Of a stretch of 64,000 nucleotides of DNA, positions 1 through 10,400 are shown piece after piece. Each line of letters starts with the position of its first letter. Positions within the stretch are counted from its first letter, which is position 1. The position numbers and the translations under genes are program-made. The notes beneath the pieces are model-generated. The model searched no databases and was not told the DNA's origin. It saw only the letters and a program-made list of their open reading frames with translations. The DNA is from a virus: positions 1-64,000 of the IMG/VR virus record IMGVR_UViG_3300008113_000014. One strand, given 5' to 3'.

Positions 1-695
1 GTGATTAATGAGCGTGTTCCAGTTGCTGGAAGTGTTGCAACAAACTTTGCAACTCCAAAATCTGAAAGTGTAGCGCCAGTTGTAACTGTTGCTGTATCCA
101 TAACTGCTGTTGAAGCAAACACTGTTGCAGTGATTGACTTAGCAGATACCTTGTTACCAAATGTATCTGTTGGAGTTACTGAGATGTCTTGCTTTGTACC
201 AGCAGCACCAGCAGAAGGAGCAGATACTGTAAGAGTATTAATCTTTCCAGCAGTTCCCTGTACATAGTATGTAAGTGTTGTACCTTGGTTTGTGATTACA
301 ACTGTACCAATTGCTGTTGTCTTTGTGTAGACATAAAATGTTGCTGTTGTTCCTGTACCAGTTGCAATTGTCAAAGATGATGATCCTGATGTTGCTCCTA
401 CTGGTGCAGCAGTTGTGTGTAGTGCAGACACGATTGTTGCGTTTGTTGCTACGACTGAAACGCTTGTTCCAACATCAACTGTTGCAATAAACTTTAGTGC
501 GTCAGCAGCATCTACTGAGTTGTCTGCAGGTACTGGCAATGATGCAGGCGTTGCGATTGCTGAGTTTGTAGTATTTGCTACATTGTCAAGCGATACAGCG
601 ACTGTCATTACAGCAGCGTTTGCAGGCGTTGCTACGATTGTGCCCAAAGTCATGGCTGCAACCATGGCTAGTGCGATTTTCTTGAATGAATTCAT
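1..695 (-). CDS. Secreted Ala/Thr/Val-rich surface (S-layer-like) protein, runs off the window (not in ORF track)
   Basis: Manual translation from ATG at 695 (RBS AAGGAGAA upstream): MNSFKKIALAMVAAMTLGTIVATPANA-AVMTVAVSLDNV...; Sec signal peptide with AxA cleavage site; frame open to the window edge. Confidence 0.8.
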   Translation of the reverse strand, partial: MNSFKKIALAMVAAMTLGTIVATPANAAVMTVAVSLDNVANTTNSAIATPASLPVPADNSVDAADALKFIATVDVGTSVSVVATNATIVSALHTTAAPVGATSGSSSLTIATGTGTTATFYVYTKTTAIGTVVITNQGTTLTYYVQGTAGKINTLTVSAPSAGAAGTKQDISVTPTDTFGNKVSAKSITATVFASTAVMDTATVTTGATLSDFGVAKFVATLPATGTRSLI

Positions 696-711
696 TCGTT
701 CGTTCTCCTTG

Positions 712-2493
712 TTATATTAGTTTTAAGTTGTCAAGAAAGCTCTTAACATCTTCTGGCATTTGCCTGTCTTCTAAGTCTACCATAGACTCCTGTCTTCGTG
801 CAAGTTTGTCTGATGTTCCCCACGTATGAATATCTATTTCAAGATTCATTTCTTTTGGAGTATGAGAGATAGCACCAAATACCGCCCCACAAACAGCGTC
901 TGCTAGGTCCTTAGATTTTTTTCTAGGGTGATCAACACGATTACCCTTCATGATCTTTAACTCTGACATTTCTTCCAGAAGTAAAGGAATCATGGGCATA
1001 GCAACACGTTCTTCATAGATCATCATTGCTAAATCTTCGTAGTGTTTTTTTGCAACAGAAACAGTATCAGTTCTTATACCAACACCCTTAAGCTCTTGCT
1101 GAATATCAAATGATTGCCAACGGTCAAATGAAACCATTCCAATATTAAAACCTTGCCTTCTAAGGTTTTGAATCCATTGCTTAACCTGAGAAAGATCAAC
1201 TGGTCCTTCTGCTTTTGGTTCCCACCATGCTACTGCATCTACTACAACTATTGGTGCTATTTGTTCGTAATCTTTAATTACCTGAATATTTACCCACTTG
1301 TCTACGTGAGCAATTGCAACTGCACACTTGTCATGCTTTTGTGCAAGGTCAGCGTGAACGTAATAAATTTTATCTGGATCTGGTTTAAAGTTTTCTGAAA
1401 ACCTTCTAAAGCTGTCTACAGGATTAGTTAGTGTCATGCACTTAATAAGTTTATCTTTTTGTTTAAAGAAAGCATCTGATGCATATGTTGGCGTACACAA
1501 GAAACGCATCATTGCATCTCCAAGGTCTGTTAGAAATGCAATTTTAAAGTCATCAATCTTTCTTGTAGGATTGACATCCCACGTTGGGCGCTTTAGTGCA
1601 AGCACCTTTGGAATCTTGTAAGACAAGATGTGATCTTCTTCCCATGCTATTTCAAAAGAATTGTCTGGATGATCTTCTGGTAAATCTTCATTAATAATAA
1701 ACTTATGTGTCTTGTCTACTATTTCTTTTTCAGCAATTACAGCATCATAACGCTGAGAAATAAAGTCTCCTGGATATCTGGGGAACGAAAGAAGAACTAC
1801 CTTACCAAGGTCAGGGAAACGAGAATCTACGGTACCACGAAAAGCTTTATAGATATTATCAGCAGTCTTACCCTGCTCATTCCCTGTGGCTACTTCAGAT
1901 GCAAAACCAGAAATTTCATCAAGTACTGCCATAAAGAGGTTTAAACCTTCGTGTGATTCTCTTTCTGAGTGACCAGAGTAAACTGTAATTGATTTATCAA
2001 ACTCAATTGAGTCTGCTTTTGGGTAATACTTTCCTGCAAACCAAGGTGATCTTTCAATCTTTGATTTAAAACCTTTAAAGAAAACATTCTTTGCTTGTTG
2101 AGCGTTAATCGCAACGTTGATAATATCAATAGCATCTCCAGCAGGCTTTCCATAATACATAGCAGGCTCTTTGAGGCATAGCATTTTATATACTACATAT
2201 GCACAGGCTACTGTTGATACAAAGTCTTTTCCAGATCCCTTGCCAAGTTGCAAAATAATTTCATTCTTGGTATATTTTTTAAAGTATGCTTCACCATCTT
2301 CACCACGAATGTCTACTACATCTTCTTTACGATAAATCTGGCTCATTGCCTCAACGATGTCATATTGAATATCAGACAGCGGTGGTTGCCCAAGATAGTC
2401 TGGAGACTCAACAAATGTCTTTGCATCAACAGGCTTCTCAATAAAATGATTTTCTTTTAGAACCTCAAAGAAATCATTGAACGTCGTGGACAA
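712..2493 (-). CDS. terL: Terminase large subunit
   Basis: Walker A GKGSGKD, Walker B VLDE, C-terminal nuclease motifs (HADLA..HD, SFDRWQS, DHP..SKDLADA). Confidence 0.93.
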   Translation of the reverse strand: MSTTFNDFFEVLKENHFIEKPVDAKTFVESPDYLGQPPLSDIQYDIVEAMSQIYRKEDVVDIRGEDGEAYFKKYTKNEIILQLGKGSGKDFVSTVACAYVVYKMLCLKEPAMYYGKPAGDAIDIINVAINAQQAKNVFFKGFKSKIERSPWFAGKYYPKADSIEFDKSITVYSGHSERESHEGLNLFMAVLDEISGFASEVATGNEQGKTADNIYKAFRGTVDSRFPDLGKVVLLSFPRYPGDFISQRYDAVIAEKEIVDKTHKFIINEDLPEDHPDNSFEIAWEEDHILSYKIPKVLALKRPTWDVNPTRKIDDFKIAFLTDLGDAMMRFLCTPTYASDAFFKQKDKLIKCMTLTNPVDSFRRFSENFKPDPDKIYYVHADLAQKHDKCAVAIAHVDKWVNIQVIKDYEQIAPIVVVDAVAWWEPKAEGPVDLSQVKQWIQNLRRQGFNIGMVSFDRWQSFDIQQELKGVGIRTDTVSVAKKHYEDLAMMIYEERVAMPMIPLLLEEMSELKIMKGNRVDHPRKKSKDLADAVCGAVFGAISHTPKEMNLEIDIHTWGTSDKLARRQESMVDLEDRQMPEDVKSFLDNLKLI

Positions 2494-3010
2494 CTGTAAT
2501 CACTTCTCCCTCTTTTGCAATAACCGAAAGTCTTTGCATAATAATATCTCTAATCTCTGGATGCTCTGATGCAATCTCTCTCAATATTCCAACCAAAACT
2601 TCTTGACGGCGTTCAATTTCAACCATCTCTTCTGCAAGCTCTTTATTTTCAAGCAGTCCAGCTTTTTGTAGCATATCAATGCGCTTAGATTCAATATCCA
2701 TTACAAGTTTAATTGCACCAGTTTTTGCACTAAGATTATTTGTCATTGATGCTTCATCAATAACCTCATATGACTTAAGTATAAGCTTGCTGTAGTGTGC
2801 ATCTGCTCCAGCAAGTGCATCCTTAGCACGAGCACGAATTGCTGTATTGTTAGATGTTTTTTCTTTCCATTCGTCAATATATGCAACTACTCGTGTTCTT
2901 GGAATTGCTAACTCTTTAGATATGGTTGTTGGATCACTACCTTTTAGGTATTCCCCAACAACATCATTCATTATATCAAGATGCTTAATTAACTCTTCCT
3001 CAGTTGACAT
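2474..3010 (-). CDS. Probable terminase small subunit (N-terminal HTH, helical)
   Basis: Immediately upstream of and overlapping terL; HTH-like DPTTISKELAIPRTRV. Confidence 0.55.
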   Translation of the reverse strand: MSTEEELIKHLDIMNDVVGEYLKGSDPTTISKELAIPRTRVVAYIDEWKEKTSNNTAIRARAKDALAGADAHYSKLILKSYEVIDEASMTNNLSAKTGAIKLVMDIESKRIDMLQKAGLLENKELAEEMVEIERRQEVLVGILREIASEHPEIRDIIMQRLSVIAKEGEVITVVHDVQ

Positions 3011-3242
3011 ACTTTCCCTCTAACCTATTAATTTCATCTTTAATATAAAAGATTGCTTTTTCAAGATCTTGAATAGTCTTTGACTCATCTTTTATGCCTG
3101 CTCTCCACAAATACTTAAAAGCATTGCCAATATTAAAATTACGATGACGAGTAATTTCTAAACATTCTACTCCAGAAGGGTCTGTTGTATAGTGTGAAGG
3201 ATGATTTACTTGATCTACTGTAATATTTAGATTATCACTCAT
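3000..3242 (-). CDS. DUF3310 / SaV-like protein
   Basis: DQVNHPSHY, GNAFKYLWRAG.K and QDLEKA.FY motifs; likely start MSDNL. Confidence 0.85.
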   Translation of the reverse strand: MSDNLNITVDQVNHPSHYTTDPSGVECLEITRHRNFNIGNAFKYLWRAGIKDESKTIQDLEKAIFYIKDEINRLEGKYVN

Positions 3243-3369
3243 AGTTTTTTTCCTCATCATCTTCCCAGTCAAATGCTTCTGGCATACCCCTTAAAGATGT
3301 AGCAACAAAAGTTATTCCAACAGCTCCTGCAACTGCTAATCCAATTAAAAGTTTTTGCATTCTATTCAT
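3235..3369 (-). CDS. Small membrane protein (44 aa, not in ORF track)
   Basis: Manual translation MNRMQKLLIGLAVAGAVGITFVATSLRGMPEAFDWEDDEEKNYE; one hydrophobic helix; overlaps both neighbours. Confidence 0.65.
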   Translation of the reverse strand: MNRMQKLLIGLAVAGAVGITFVATSLRGMPEAFDWEDDEEKNYE

Positions 3370-3521
3370 CGTCTGCTCTTTCTTAGTCCAAATTTTGCAA
3401 GGTAAACATATATTGTTTCAATACTGGCACCAGACTCTTTAGCAATTTCTTCTGGTGTTTTTTTATCAACAAGATATCGTTTCCTAAGCCAAACTTCATT
3501 TGTATATAGTTTACCAGCCAT
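3366..3521 (-). CDS. Small HTH DNA-binding protein (51 aa, not in ORF track)
   Basis: Manual translation MAGKLYTNEVWLRKRYLVDKKTPEEIAKESGASIETIYVYLAKFGLRKSRR; HTH pattern. Confidence 0.75.
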   Translation of the reverse strand: MAGKLYTNEVWLRKRYLVDKKTPEEIAKESGASIETIYVYLAKFGLRKSRR

Positions 3522-3703
3522 CATAGGTCCTTGTCAATCTTAATGACTGGCTCAAGCCTATCCCAGTGACCCTTTGGGCTTCCCTTATATATTTGACCCG
3601 TTTCTCTATCAATTAGCAACCATTTAGTTGGAGCAAGTGTCCGCACAGTTAAAATAACATCTGCATCTTCCTCTTTAAATGTAAATGCTTCTCTTTCACT
3701 CAT
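3521..3703 (-). CDS. Hypothetical protein
   Basis: ORF track 3521..3793; the more likely start MSEREAF overlaps the ruvC stop. Confidence 0.6.
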   Translation of the reverse strand: MSEREAFTFKEEDADVILTVRTLAPTKWLLIDRETGQIYKGSPKGHWDRLEPVIKIDKDL

Positions 3704-4298
3704 TATTGCCAACCGCCTTATCCCAATTATTGATAGACCAATGACCAATACCGCAAGCATCAGCCACGTCGTTGTCTGTAATGCTTCTATCATAGTTTAT
3801 ATTAATAAACTTAATAGTTCTTTCTTTTCTTAGGTTTCTTTCATAAGACTTATACCAGGAAACTGATTTGCCTGGGTTTTGAGATCTTATAAAAAGCTGT
3901 TCATCTTTAGATATTTTTTTGTTTCCAATATAGTTCTGCCATGTTATTGGAGAAACTCTTCCTATTTGTTTTGTCCCTGATTGTCCAGCTGCTCCAAGTA
4001 TTGCTCCCTGAACTAATGCAAGATCTGCTGCAGTTTTAGGGCTATTCATAAACACGGTATGCTCAATAACTATTGCTTCAAAGCCACCATGTATATCAAT
4101 AAATGCCTTAACTTTTTTACCAGCATCCATAACTTTTTCATACGTATTTTTTCCTTCAAAAGTAATTTTTCCAACACTAATTATGCTTTTTGTAAAAGTA
4201 TCAAACATTGCAAAAGCAAGGCTGTTTGTGCTAGCATCAATTGCACATATTTTTTTTGGTGTCATCTCTAATCCCCATTTATTCTTGACCATACTCAA
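3696..4298 (-). CDS. ruvC: RuvC-like Holliday junction resolvase
   Basis: ICAIDAST, IVIE and DNDVADACGI acidic catalytic motifs of the RNase H fold. Confidence 0.8.
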   Translation of the reverse strand: MSMVKNKWGLEMTPKKICAIDASTNSLAFAMFDTFTKSIISVGKITFEGKNTYEKVMDAGKKVKAFIDIHGGFEAIVIEHTVFMNSPKTAADLALVQGAILGAAGQSGTKQIGRVSPITWQNYIGNKKISKDEQLFIRSQNPGKSVSWYKSYERNLRKERTIKFININYDRSITDNDVADACGIGHWSINNWDKAVGNNE

Positions 4299-4569
4299 AA
4301 AATCCTTTTATCTGTTTTAACATTTTGTCTACTGCTTTTTTACTAACATTACAATTTGAACAAAAACCAGAATCATTATAGATAGAAAGGGAGGTGTCGC
4401 ATCCGCCTAAACATCTGCGATCCTTTCCCTTTCTTTTTTGTCTACGAGTAATCTGATATCTTTCATGAATTTTTTCTTTTGTAGCAAGGTCACGACATTC
4501 AAGGCTGCAGTAAATCTGATAACTGACCTTTGGATCAAACCTATTGTCACATCTACTACAAAGTTTCAC
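4279..4569 (-). CDS. Cys-rich zinc-binding hypothetical protein
   Basis: CxxC..CxxxC and CxxxC..CxxC pairs. Confidence 0.7.
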   Translation of the reverse strand: MKLCSRCDNRFDPKVSYQIYCSLECRDLATKEKIHERYQITRRQKRKGKDRRCLGGCDTSLSIYNDSGFCSNCNVSKKAVDKMLKQIKGFFEYGQE

Positions 4570-5341
4570 TCAATTCCTCCAGAGAGGCTATCTTAACTAC
4601 GCCTGCTCCTGCTTCGTCACATGCTTTTCTAATTGGACAGTTTTTGCAAACCTTTGAGTTTGCTCTGTAGTTCTTTGTTGGAAGTTCTTTAACTTCCCAA
4701 GACTTACGAACAACTCTCATCCATTCAAAAGCTTCATCAATCCACTTTCGGTAATGATCATTTACCTCAACTGGAATTACAAGAAGTTCGTGGTTGTTTT
4801 TATTTTCATAAATAAGAACACCCTTTGCTTTTTTAAGAATCTTCATGTAAATCAGTATCTGTACAACGTGACCCATCTTAGGCTTACCTGTACGTTTACG
4901 ATACTCAAACACTTCGTTATTGGTTGTCTTTACTTCAACAACAACCTCTTCGCCTTTCCAATTAATAAAGTTATCTACGTAACCAAAAATTGGAGGATCA
5001 TCATTAAAAATCTTAAACTCTGAATCAATTGAAATACCAGAGTTTTTAAAAGCTTCCTCAATTCTTCCATGCGCCAGAGTTCCGTTGCTCATATTTGCAA
5101 CAGCATATGGATCAGAGTTATCTTCAAAAATAGCACCCTCAAATGCAAGGTACCAGTATCTTGGACATTCTCCATGTCCGTATGCAATAGTAGAAGGACC
5201 AAAAGTCTTCTTCTGTGTATGCTTAGGCTCACGCCCTACAAGATACCCTGCTTCAATAGCTTTTACAAGCTCTCTGGCATCAATAGCTGCTGGGGTCTCA
5301 ACTTCTTTAATCATTATTTGCTTTAGTAAATTTTTTGTCAT
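4556..5341 (-). CDS. Cas4-like PD-(D/E)XK exonuclease
   Basis: CPRYW, D..VEVK, QILIY and C-terminal CxxC...C Fe-S ligands; start MTKNLL follows an RBS and promoter. Confidence 0.85.
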   Translation of the reverse strand: MTKNLLKQIMIKEVETPAAIDARELVKAIEAGYLVGREPKHTQKKTFGPSTIAYGHGECPRYWYLAFEGAIFEDNSDPYAVANMSNGTLAHGRIEEAFKNSGISIDSEFKIFNDDPPIFGYVDNFINWKGEEVVVEVKTTNNEVFEYRKRTGKPKMGHVVQILIYMKILKKAKGVLIYENKNNHELLVIPVEVNDHYRKWIDEAFEWMRVVRKSWEVKELPTKNYRANSKVCKNCPIRKACDEAGAGVVKIASLEELSETL

Positions 5342-5361
5342 TTCATTCCTTTGTTTATATA

Positions 5362-5370
5362 AGTATACCA
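5362..5370 (-). promoter_or_regulatory. Extended -10 promoter TGGTATACT
   Basis: Intergenic, upstream of the Cas4-like gene. Confidence 0.55.
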
Positions 5371-5372
5371 GG

Positions 5373-5681
5373 TTAGCGCATAATGTATTTGAGTGCTGAT
5401 ACCAAGTTGTTGATTGATTCTGCTGCCGTGTAATAAATGTTCTTCTTTGCCCTGTCATTTTTGTCAACATTTGCCATCCAGGTTGCCTTGAATGCCATCT
5501 TTGCTGCAATTGCCTGAAGTCTAACAATCTCTATAGTTGCCACATTAAGAGGAATATCAGGCTTAATAATGATCTTAGCAATAAATGTCAAGGCTGCCGT
5601 CAACTCCTCATCTTTCATATAGTCTGCTATTTCAGATAATCCATCTACCATTTCTATCGTTGTTTGTTGTTGTTCACTCAT
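5373..5681 (-). CDS. Hypothetical helical protein
   Basis: ORF tightly packed in the recombination operon. Confidence 0.7.
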   Translation of the reverse strand: MSEQQQTTIEMVDGLSEIADYMKDEELTAALTFIAKIIIKPDIPLNVATIEIVRLQAIAAKMAFKATWMANVDKNDRAKKNIYYTAAESINNLVSALKYIMR

Positions 5682-5964
5682 ATTCTTCTCCTGTCATCTG
5701 CTCTATTATTTCAAACTCAGTTATCATCAATCGTACCTTTGAATTTCCATCACCAAGTACTACGAGTATTGCTGGATCGTTGCCATTTCTTATAGCATCT
5801 GTAACAGCCTTAGCCCAAACATCTTTATTTAAAGTAAAAGATTTAGAGCATTCTTTAAAATCTACAGTAAAGTTTTTCCAAGTAGCATCACCCTTGTGTG
5901 TGTTGCGACCAGAGTTCTTGTGCTGCTTGGCACCGATTCTTTTACTTTCCGATCTTTCGCTCAA
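5674..5964 (-). CDS. Small restriction-endonuclease-fold protein (Holliday junction resolvase-like)
   Basis: SG....KGD.......VDFK motif. Confidence 0.6.
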   Translation of the reverse strand: MSERSESKRIGAKQHKNSGRNTHKGDATWKNFTVDFKECSKSFTLNKDVWAKAVTDAIRNGNDPAILVVLGDGNSKVRLMITEFEIIEQMTGEEYE

Positions 5965-6124
5965 AGTCTTTCCTTGTCATTATAAGTGGAACCTTAGATA
6001 AATGTTTTTGACTACAAAGCCATGTAAGGTCTGCACTATCTAACCAAAGCCTTAAAGATGTAACTTCTTCGCTACATTTTTTACATGGAAACTTTCCAGG
6101 AAATACTTTAAATTTTTCAGACAT
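5942..6124 (-). CDS. Small zinc-ribbon hypothetical protein
   Basis: CxxC...CxxxH; overlaps the recA stop. Confidence 0.6.
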   Translation of the reverse strand: MSEKFKVFPGKFPCKKCSEEVTSLRLWLDSADLTWLCSQKHLSKVPLIMTRKDFERKIGK

Positions 6125-7130
6125 TTAGAATTTTATTCTTTATTGTCTCTTGAAGATCTAGGTCTTCTCTTACCCTGTTTACAAAACCATCACGACCCTG
6201 TACTTTTGAACCGTCTGGCAATACATACCAAGCTCCAGTGCGTTCTACTATGCCCATCATTTCAGCCGTATCAACAAGATCACCAATGCTATCAATACCA
6301 ACATTATCTCCCCTGAAATAAAAGTCATACTCGCCAGACTGAAAGCCAGGAGAAGTCTTAGAAAATTGGAGTTCCCAGCGAATCTTGCGACCAACTTTTT
6401 CTTCAATGAGTTTATCTCCAACATGAATCTTGCCTTTAATTGCTTGATTGTCGGATTCCGATGAAAATAATTTAATAACAGTAGAAGAATAGAACTTAGT
6501 AGCTTGACCACCAGTAGGCTGCTGGCTAGTATACATAGCACTAATGTTGTTACGAGACTGACTAATAAGAACAAGCATTGTAGGCTTAACCTTATTGTTA
6601 GCATAGTTAAGCATTTTCCAAGCGTTGCTAAAGTCTCTAGACTCTGCACCAATTTGTTTGGTATTTTCAAGTTGTTTAAGTTCATCTGAGTCCTTTTCAA
6701 AATAGATTGCTGGTAATAAAGAAGTTATAGAATCAATAACAATAATATCAACTCCTGCATTCATAAGATTAGTTCCAACATCAACCATCTCATTAATTGT
6801 ACGACATTGAGAAACAATAAGCTTTGAAGAGTCTACGCCAAGTCCTTCTGCCCACTTTTTGTCATATGACATTTCAGCATCAATCCATGCACAGATCTTT
6901 CCTTCCTTCTGTGCTAGACCTATCATCTGAAGGCATAGAGAGGACTTTGCAGAGGACTTAGAGCCCCATACCAGTACTTGGCGACCATAAGGTAGACCAC
7001 CGTTTAGAGCACGGTTTAAACCAAAACTAGGTGTCTCTGCATACTGTGTTGCTGGGATAGTATCTCCAGCCATTACTGTCTTTCTAAGCTTTGGACTAAG
7101 CTGAGCCAATACTTCTTCTACTGTTAGCAT
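6117..7130 (-). CDS. recA: RecA/UvsX-like recombinase
   Basis: GGLPYGR, variant P-loop GSKSSAKS, WIDAE, IVIDS, TGG.A.KFYSS, GAWY. Confidence 0.93.
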   Translation of the reverse strand: MLTVEEVLAQLSPKLRKTVMAGDTIPATQYAETPSFGLNRALNGGLPYGRQVLVWGSKSSAKSSLCLQMIGLAQKEGKICAWIDAEMSYDKKWAEGLGVDSSKLIVSQCRTINEMVDVGTNLMNAGVDIIVIDSITSLLPAIYFEKDSDELKQLENTKQIGAESRDFSNAWKMLNYANNKVKPTMLVLISQSRNNISAMYTSQQPTGGQATKFYSSTVIKLFSSESDNQAIKGKIHVGDKLIEEKVGRKIRWELQFSKTSPGFQSGEYDFYFRGDNVGIDSIGDLVDTAEMMGIVERTGAWYVLPDGSKVQGRDGFVNRVREDLDLQETIKNKILNV

Positions 7131-7447
7131 TAGAATCGTACCCCATGCTTCTTTGGTCTATCTTGATTTTTTTCCATCTTTTGTTTGACTGCAGAGTCTA
7201 ATGATTTAGTTACATACCCTGCTTTTAGCATACCTGCATAAAGATCCAGAGTGCGGATAATAATATCTGCAAACTCATCCGACAGCTGGCTTGGCTCCAT
7301 GTCTTTTCTTAGTGCTTCCATTGCTTCAACAACTTCAGACACAATCATCATCATTTGTTTTGTCACAAAGATTTCATCTGCTGGTCTATCCCAAAATCCT
7401 TTTTCTACTGCATTTGCATGTATCTTCTCTGCTAAAACATCAAACAC
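7130..7447 (-). CDS. MazG-like nucleotide pyrophosphohydrolase
   Basis: SEVVEAMEA...DEFADIIIR acidic motif; probable GTG start overlapping the dnaE stop. Confidence 0.8.
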   Translation of the reverse strand: MFDVLAEKIHANAVEKGFWDRPADEIFVTKQMMMIVSEVVEAMEALRKDMEPSQLSDEFADIIIRTLDLYAGMLKAGYVTKSLDSAVKQKMEKNQDRPKKHGVRF

Positions 7448-10400
7448 TTTCCACCTCATTCATTGTAACTGTTCCATCCTTTGTTTTTCCAAAATCAAAT
7501 TTATATACATTTCCTTCTTCAATCTTCATGTAAGCTTTTGCAAACTGCATTGGAAATACAACAATAGAGTGCATCTCTCTTCCAGCATCTGCAACTACCA
7601 GTGAGGCCATCTTCTTCCCAGCCTTGGTTACTCTTGGCTTAAAAGAAACAACAAAGTGCTCTCCTTCTTTGTAAGGCAACATTTTATAATTTAAGAACTT
7701 TACTAAGGAACTCTTAGATCCTTTTATTTCGTCAGCAGGTACTGCAGACACAATCCTATTGTCACTTGCAAGAATAAGATAAGTACGACCACTCTCAATA
7801 TTGGTATTCTCGTCATCAAATACACCGACGCTGCCAGTTTTGTCCAAAATTTCAACTCGTGACCATCCCGTTCCTCGCTTAATTGATTTTACCATACCCA
7901 ACAATACAAAAGATCCAGTCTCTTCATACTCTTCAACATCATCAATATATGCATAATAGTGTTGAGGTATAGATGTATTGAACTCAGGTAGGTTTAAATA
8001 CTCGTAAAGGTTTTCTTTAACTTCCGCTGGGTTTGCTGGATTATCTGGAAATGTAAGTGCACCAATGCATCTCATTGCCTGCAAAGCACGACTGTTTACT
8101 CCGTTTCCTTTTGTAAAGGTAAACTCTTCAAGCTCTTTATATGAACCAAAAGGTCGTGCTGCAAGATATCTCTCTGCAATTTTATCAGATATGAACTTGA
8201 TAGCTGTGAGTCCAAACCTAATACCCTTACCCTCAATTTTAAAATCAATATCCGAATCGTTAATGTGAGGTAGCTTAATGCTAATCCCCATTCTCTTTGC
8301 TTCAATAAGGTACTCAGTTCTTCCATCTTTATCCTTTTCATTTTTAAGTAGTGCAAACATAAACTCTAATGGATAATGATACTTTAACCATGCTGTCCAA
8401 TAAGATAGTGTTGAGTATGCCACTGCGTGAGACTTGTTAAATGAGTACCCTGCGTGGGCCTCAAAGTCATGCCACAGATCTAGTGCATCATTTGGCGAAA
8501 GATATTGCGAAGCACCTTTAACAAACTGATCTTTGAAGACATCAAATTCTTTAGCATCTTTTTTCTTTCCAATGATTTTTCTAACTTTATCTGCTTCCGA
8601 CATGGACATACCGCCAAGCTGTACGCATGCTTGCATAACTTGTTCCTGGTAAAGAATACAACCATATGTTTCCTCCGTAAATGCTTTCATAACTTGATGC
8701 TTATAATCAATATTTTCTCTTCCATGCTTTCGTGCAATATAAGACTTACCAATTGTATTCATAGCACCAGGACGAACAAGTGCATTTGATGCAGCAAGTT
8801 CTGATAGGTTTTTAACACGCATCTTAATTAAAAGGTTTGTGTATGGTGCTGCTTCACACTGAAACACACCCTTAGTGTATCCATCAGATAACATGTTATA
8901 AACGTTTGCATCATCCATATCAATCTTTAGTAGATCAATCTTAGTACCTTCACGCTCTTTAATAATGTCAATGCAGTCCTTAAGAACACTCAAAGTCTTT
9001 AGTCCAAGTGCATCAATCTTAATCAAACCAATGTTTTCTGCTTCGCCCATGTCTACTGCCACTACTGGAATGCGTTCATCTTGTCCAGTTACTGAACGTG
9101 TTTCCAGCGGTGCATATCTAAAAATTGGGTCTTTACTTGTTACAACTCCTGCTGCGTGAATTCCAGTACCACGGATTCTTCCACGAAGCTGATCTCCGTA
9201 ACGCTCTACTTCTGGATACTTTTCTCTGAACCACAAAGTATTCTTAGAGTTACAGTAATCATCCCATGTATCAACAACCTTTAAAACCTTATTGACATCA
9301 GGCAACGGTATGTTTAAACATCTTGCAACATCTCGCACAACACCCTTATCCTTGAACTGCAAGAATGTAGCAATAGATGCAACGTGACGGTACTGACGAA
9401 CTAAATAATCCTTTACTTCATCACGACGAGTATCTTGAATATCTGAGTCAATATCAGGGAAGTCATTACGGTCTGGGTTAATAAAACGGAAGAACAGCAA
9501 CCCATGCTTTATGGGATCAATATCTGTGATACCAAGTGCATAGCACAGTAGGGAACCAGCAGCAGATCCACGACCTGGGCCCACCATAATGCCTTCACTC
9601 TTTGCCCAGTTAAGCATGTTGCGGACAACTAAAAAGTATGGTCCAAAGTTTTTCTCACCAATTATTTTTAGTTCTTCATCAAGTCTTTCAAGATACTCTT
9701 CATTCTTTTCAAGTTTACGTTCTTTTAATCCTTCAATAGCTAGATTCTTAAGCTCTTCCATAGGCTTCTTGTACTGAACTGGAAGCAAGTCTAGATGCTC
9801 TTTAATATCATAGCCTTCAACCTTATCAGAAATTTCATTTGTTGATACAAACATATCTTCACGATCAATGCCTTGCTTAAGCATTGCCTCTTTCATCTCT
9901 TTATATGAAAGAAGATGAATGTCAAACTTATTAAAACTCATTATGCGATCTGCGCCATAAAGATAATCAAGGCGATCCATAAAAGATGCATGCTTTTTTG
10001 ACTTATCATAGCTTACATCTTTTTGTAACTTGGCATGAGTATTTAGAAGAAGCATTAGCTCCTGTACTTCTTTTTGACTTGTGTCAGAGTGATGACAGTC
10101 TGGTGTTACAACAATTTTTACCTTTGCTACATCAGCAAGTTCAATAATCCCCTTGTTAACTTCAGGAGGGTTGTGTGGCATGACTTCAATATAGTAATCA
10201 TCACCAAATTCTTTTTTAAACCACTGTATATGTTTCTTTGCTGTTGCAAGTTCACCCAACTCAACAGCCTTTGCAATCCATCCACTAAGACATGCGGATG
10301 TTACAATAATTCCTTCTTTGTATTTTGCAAGTGTTTCAAAATCAAACCTTGGCTTACTAAAGAAACCATCTGTCCAAGCAATCTCATTAATCTTATTAAG

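Noticed and set aside
4556-5341. Cas4 as evidence of a CRISPR-Cas locus
   Set aside because: Solo Cas4-like nuclease within a recombination operon; no cas1/cas2 or array
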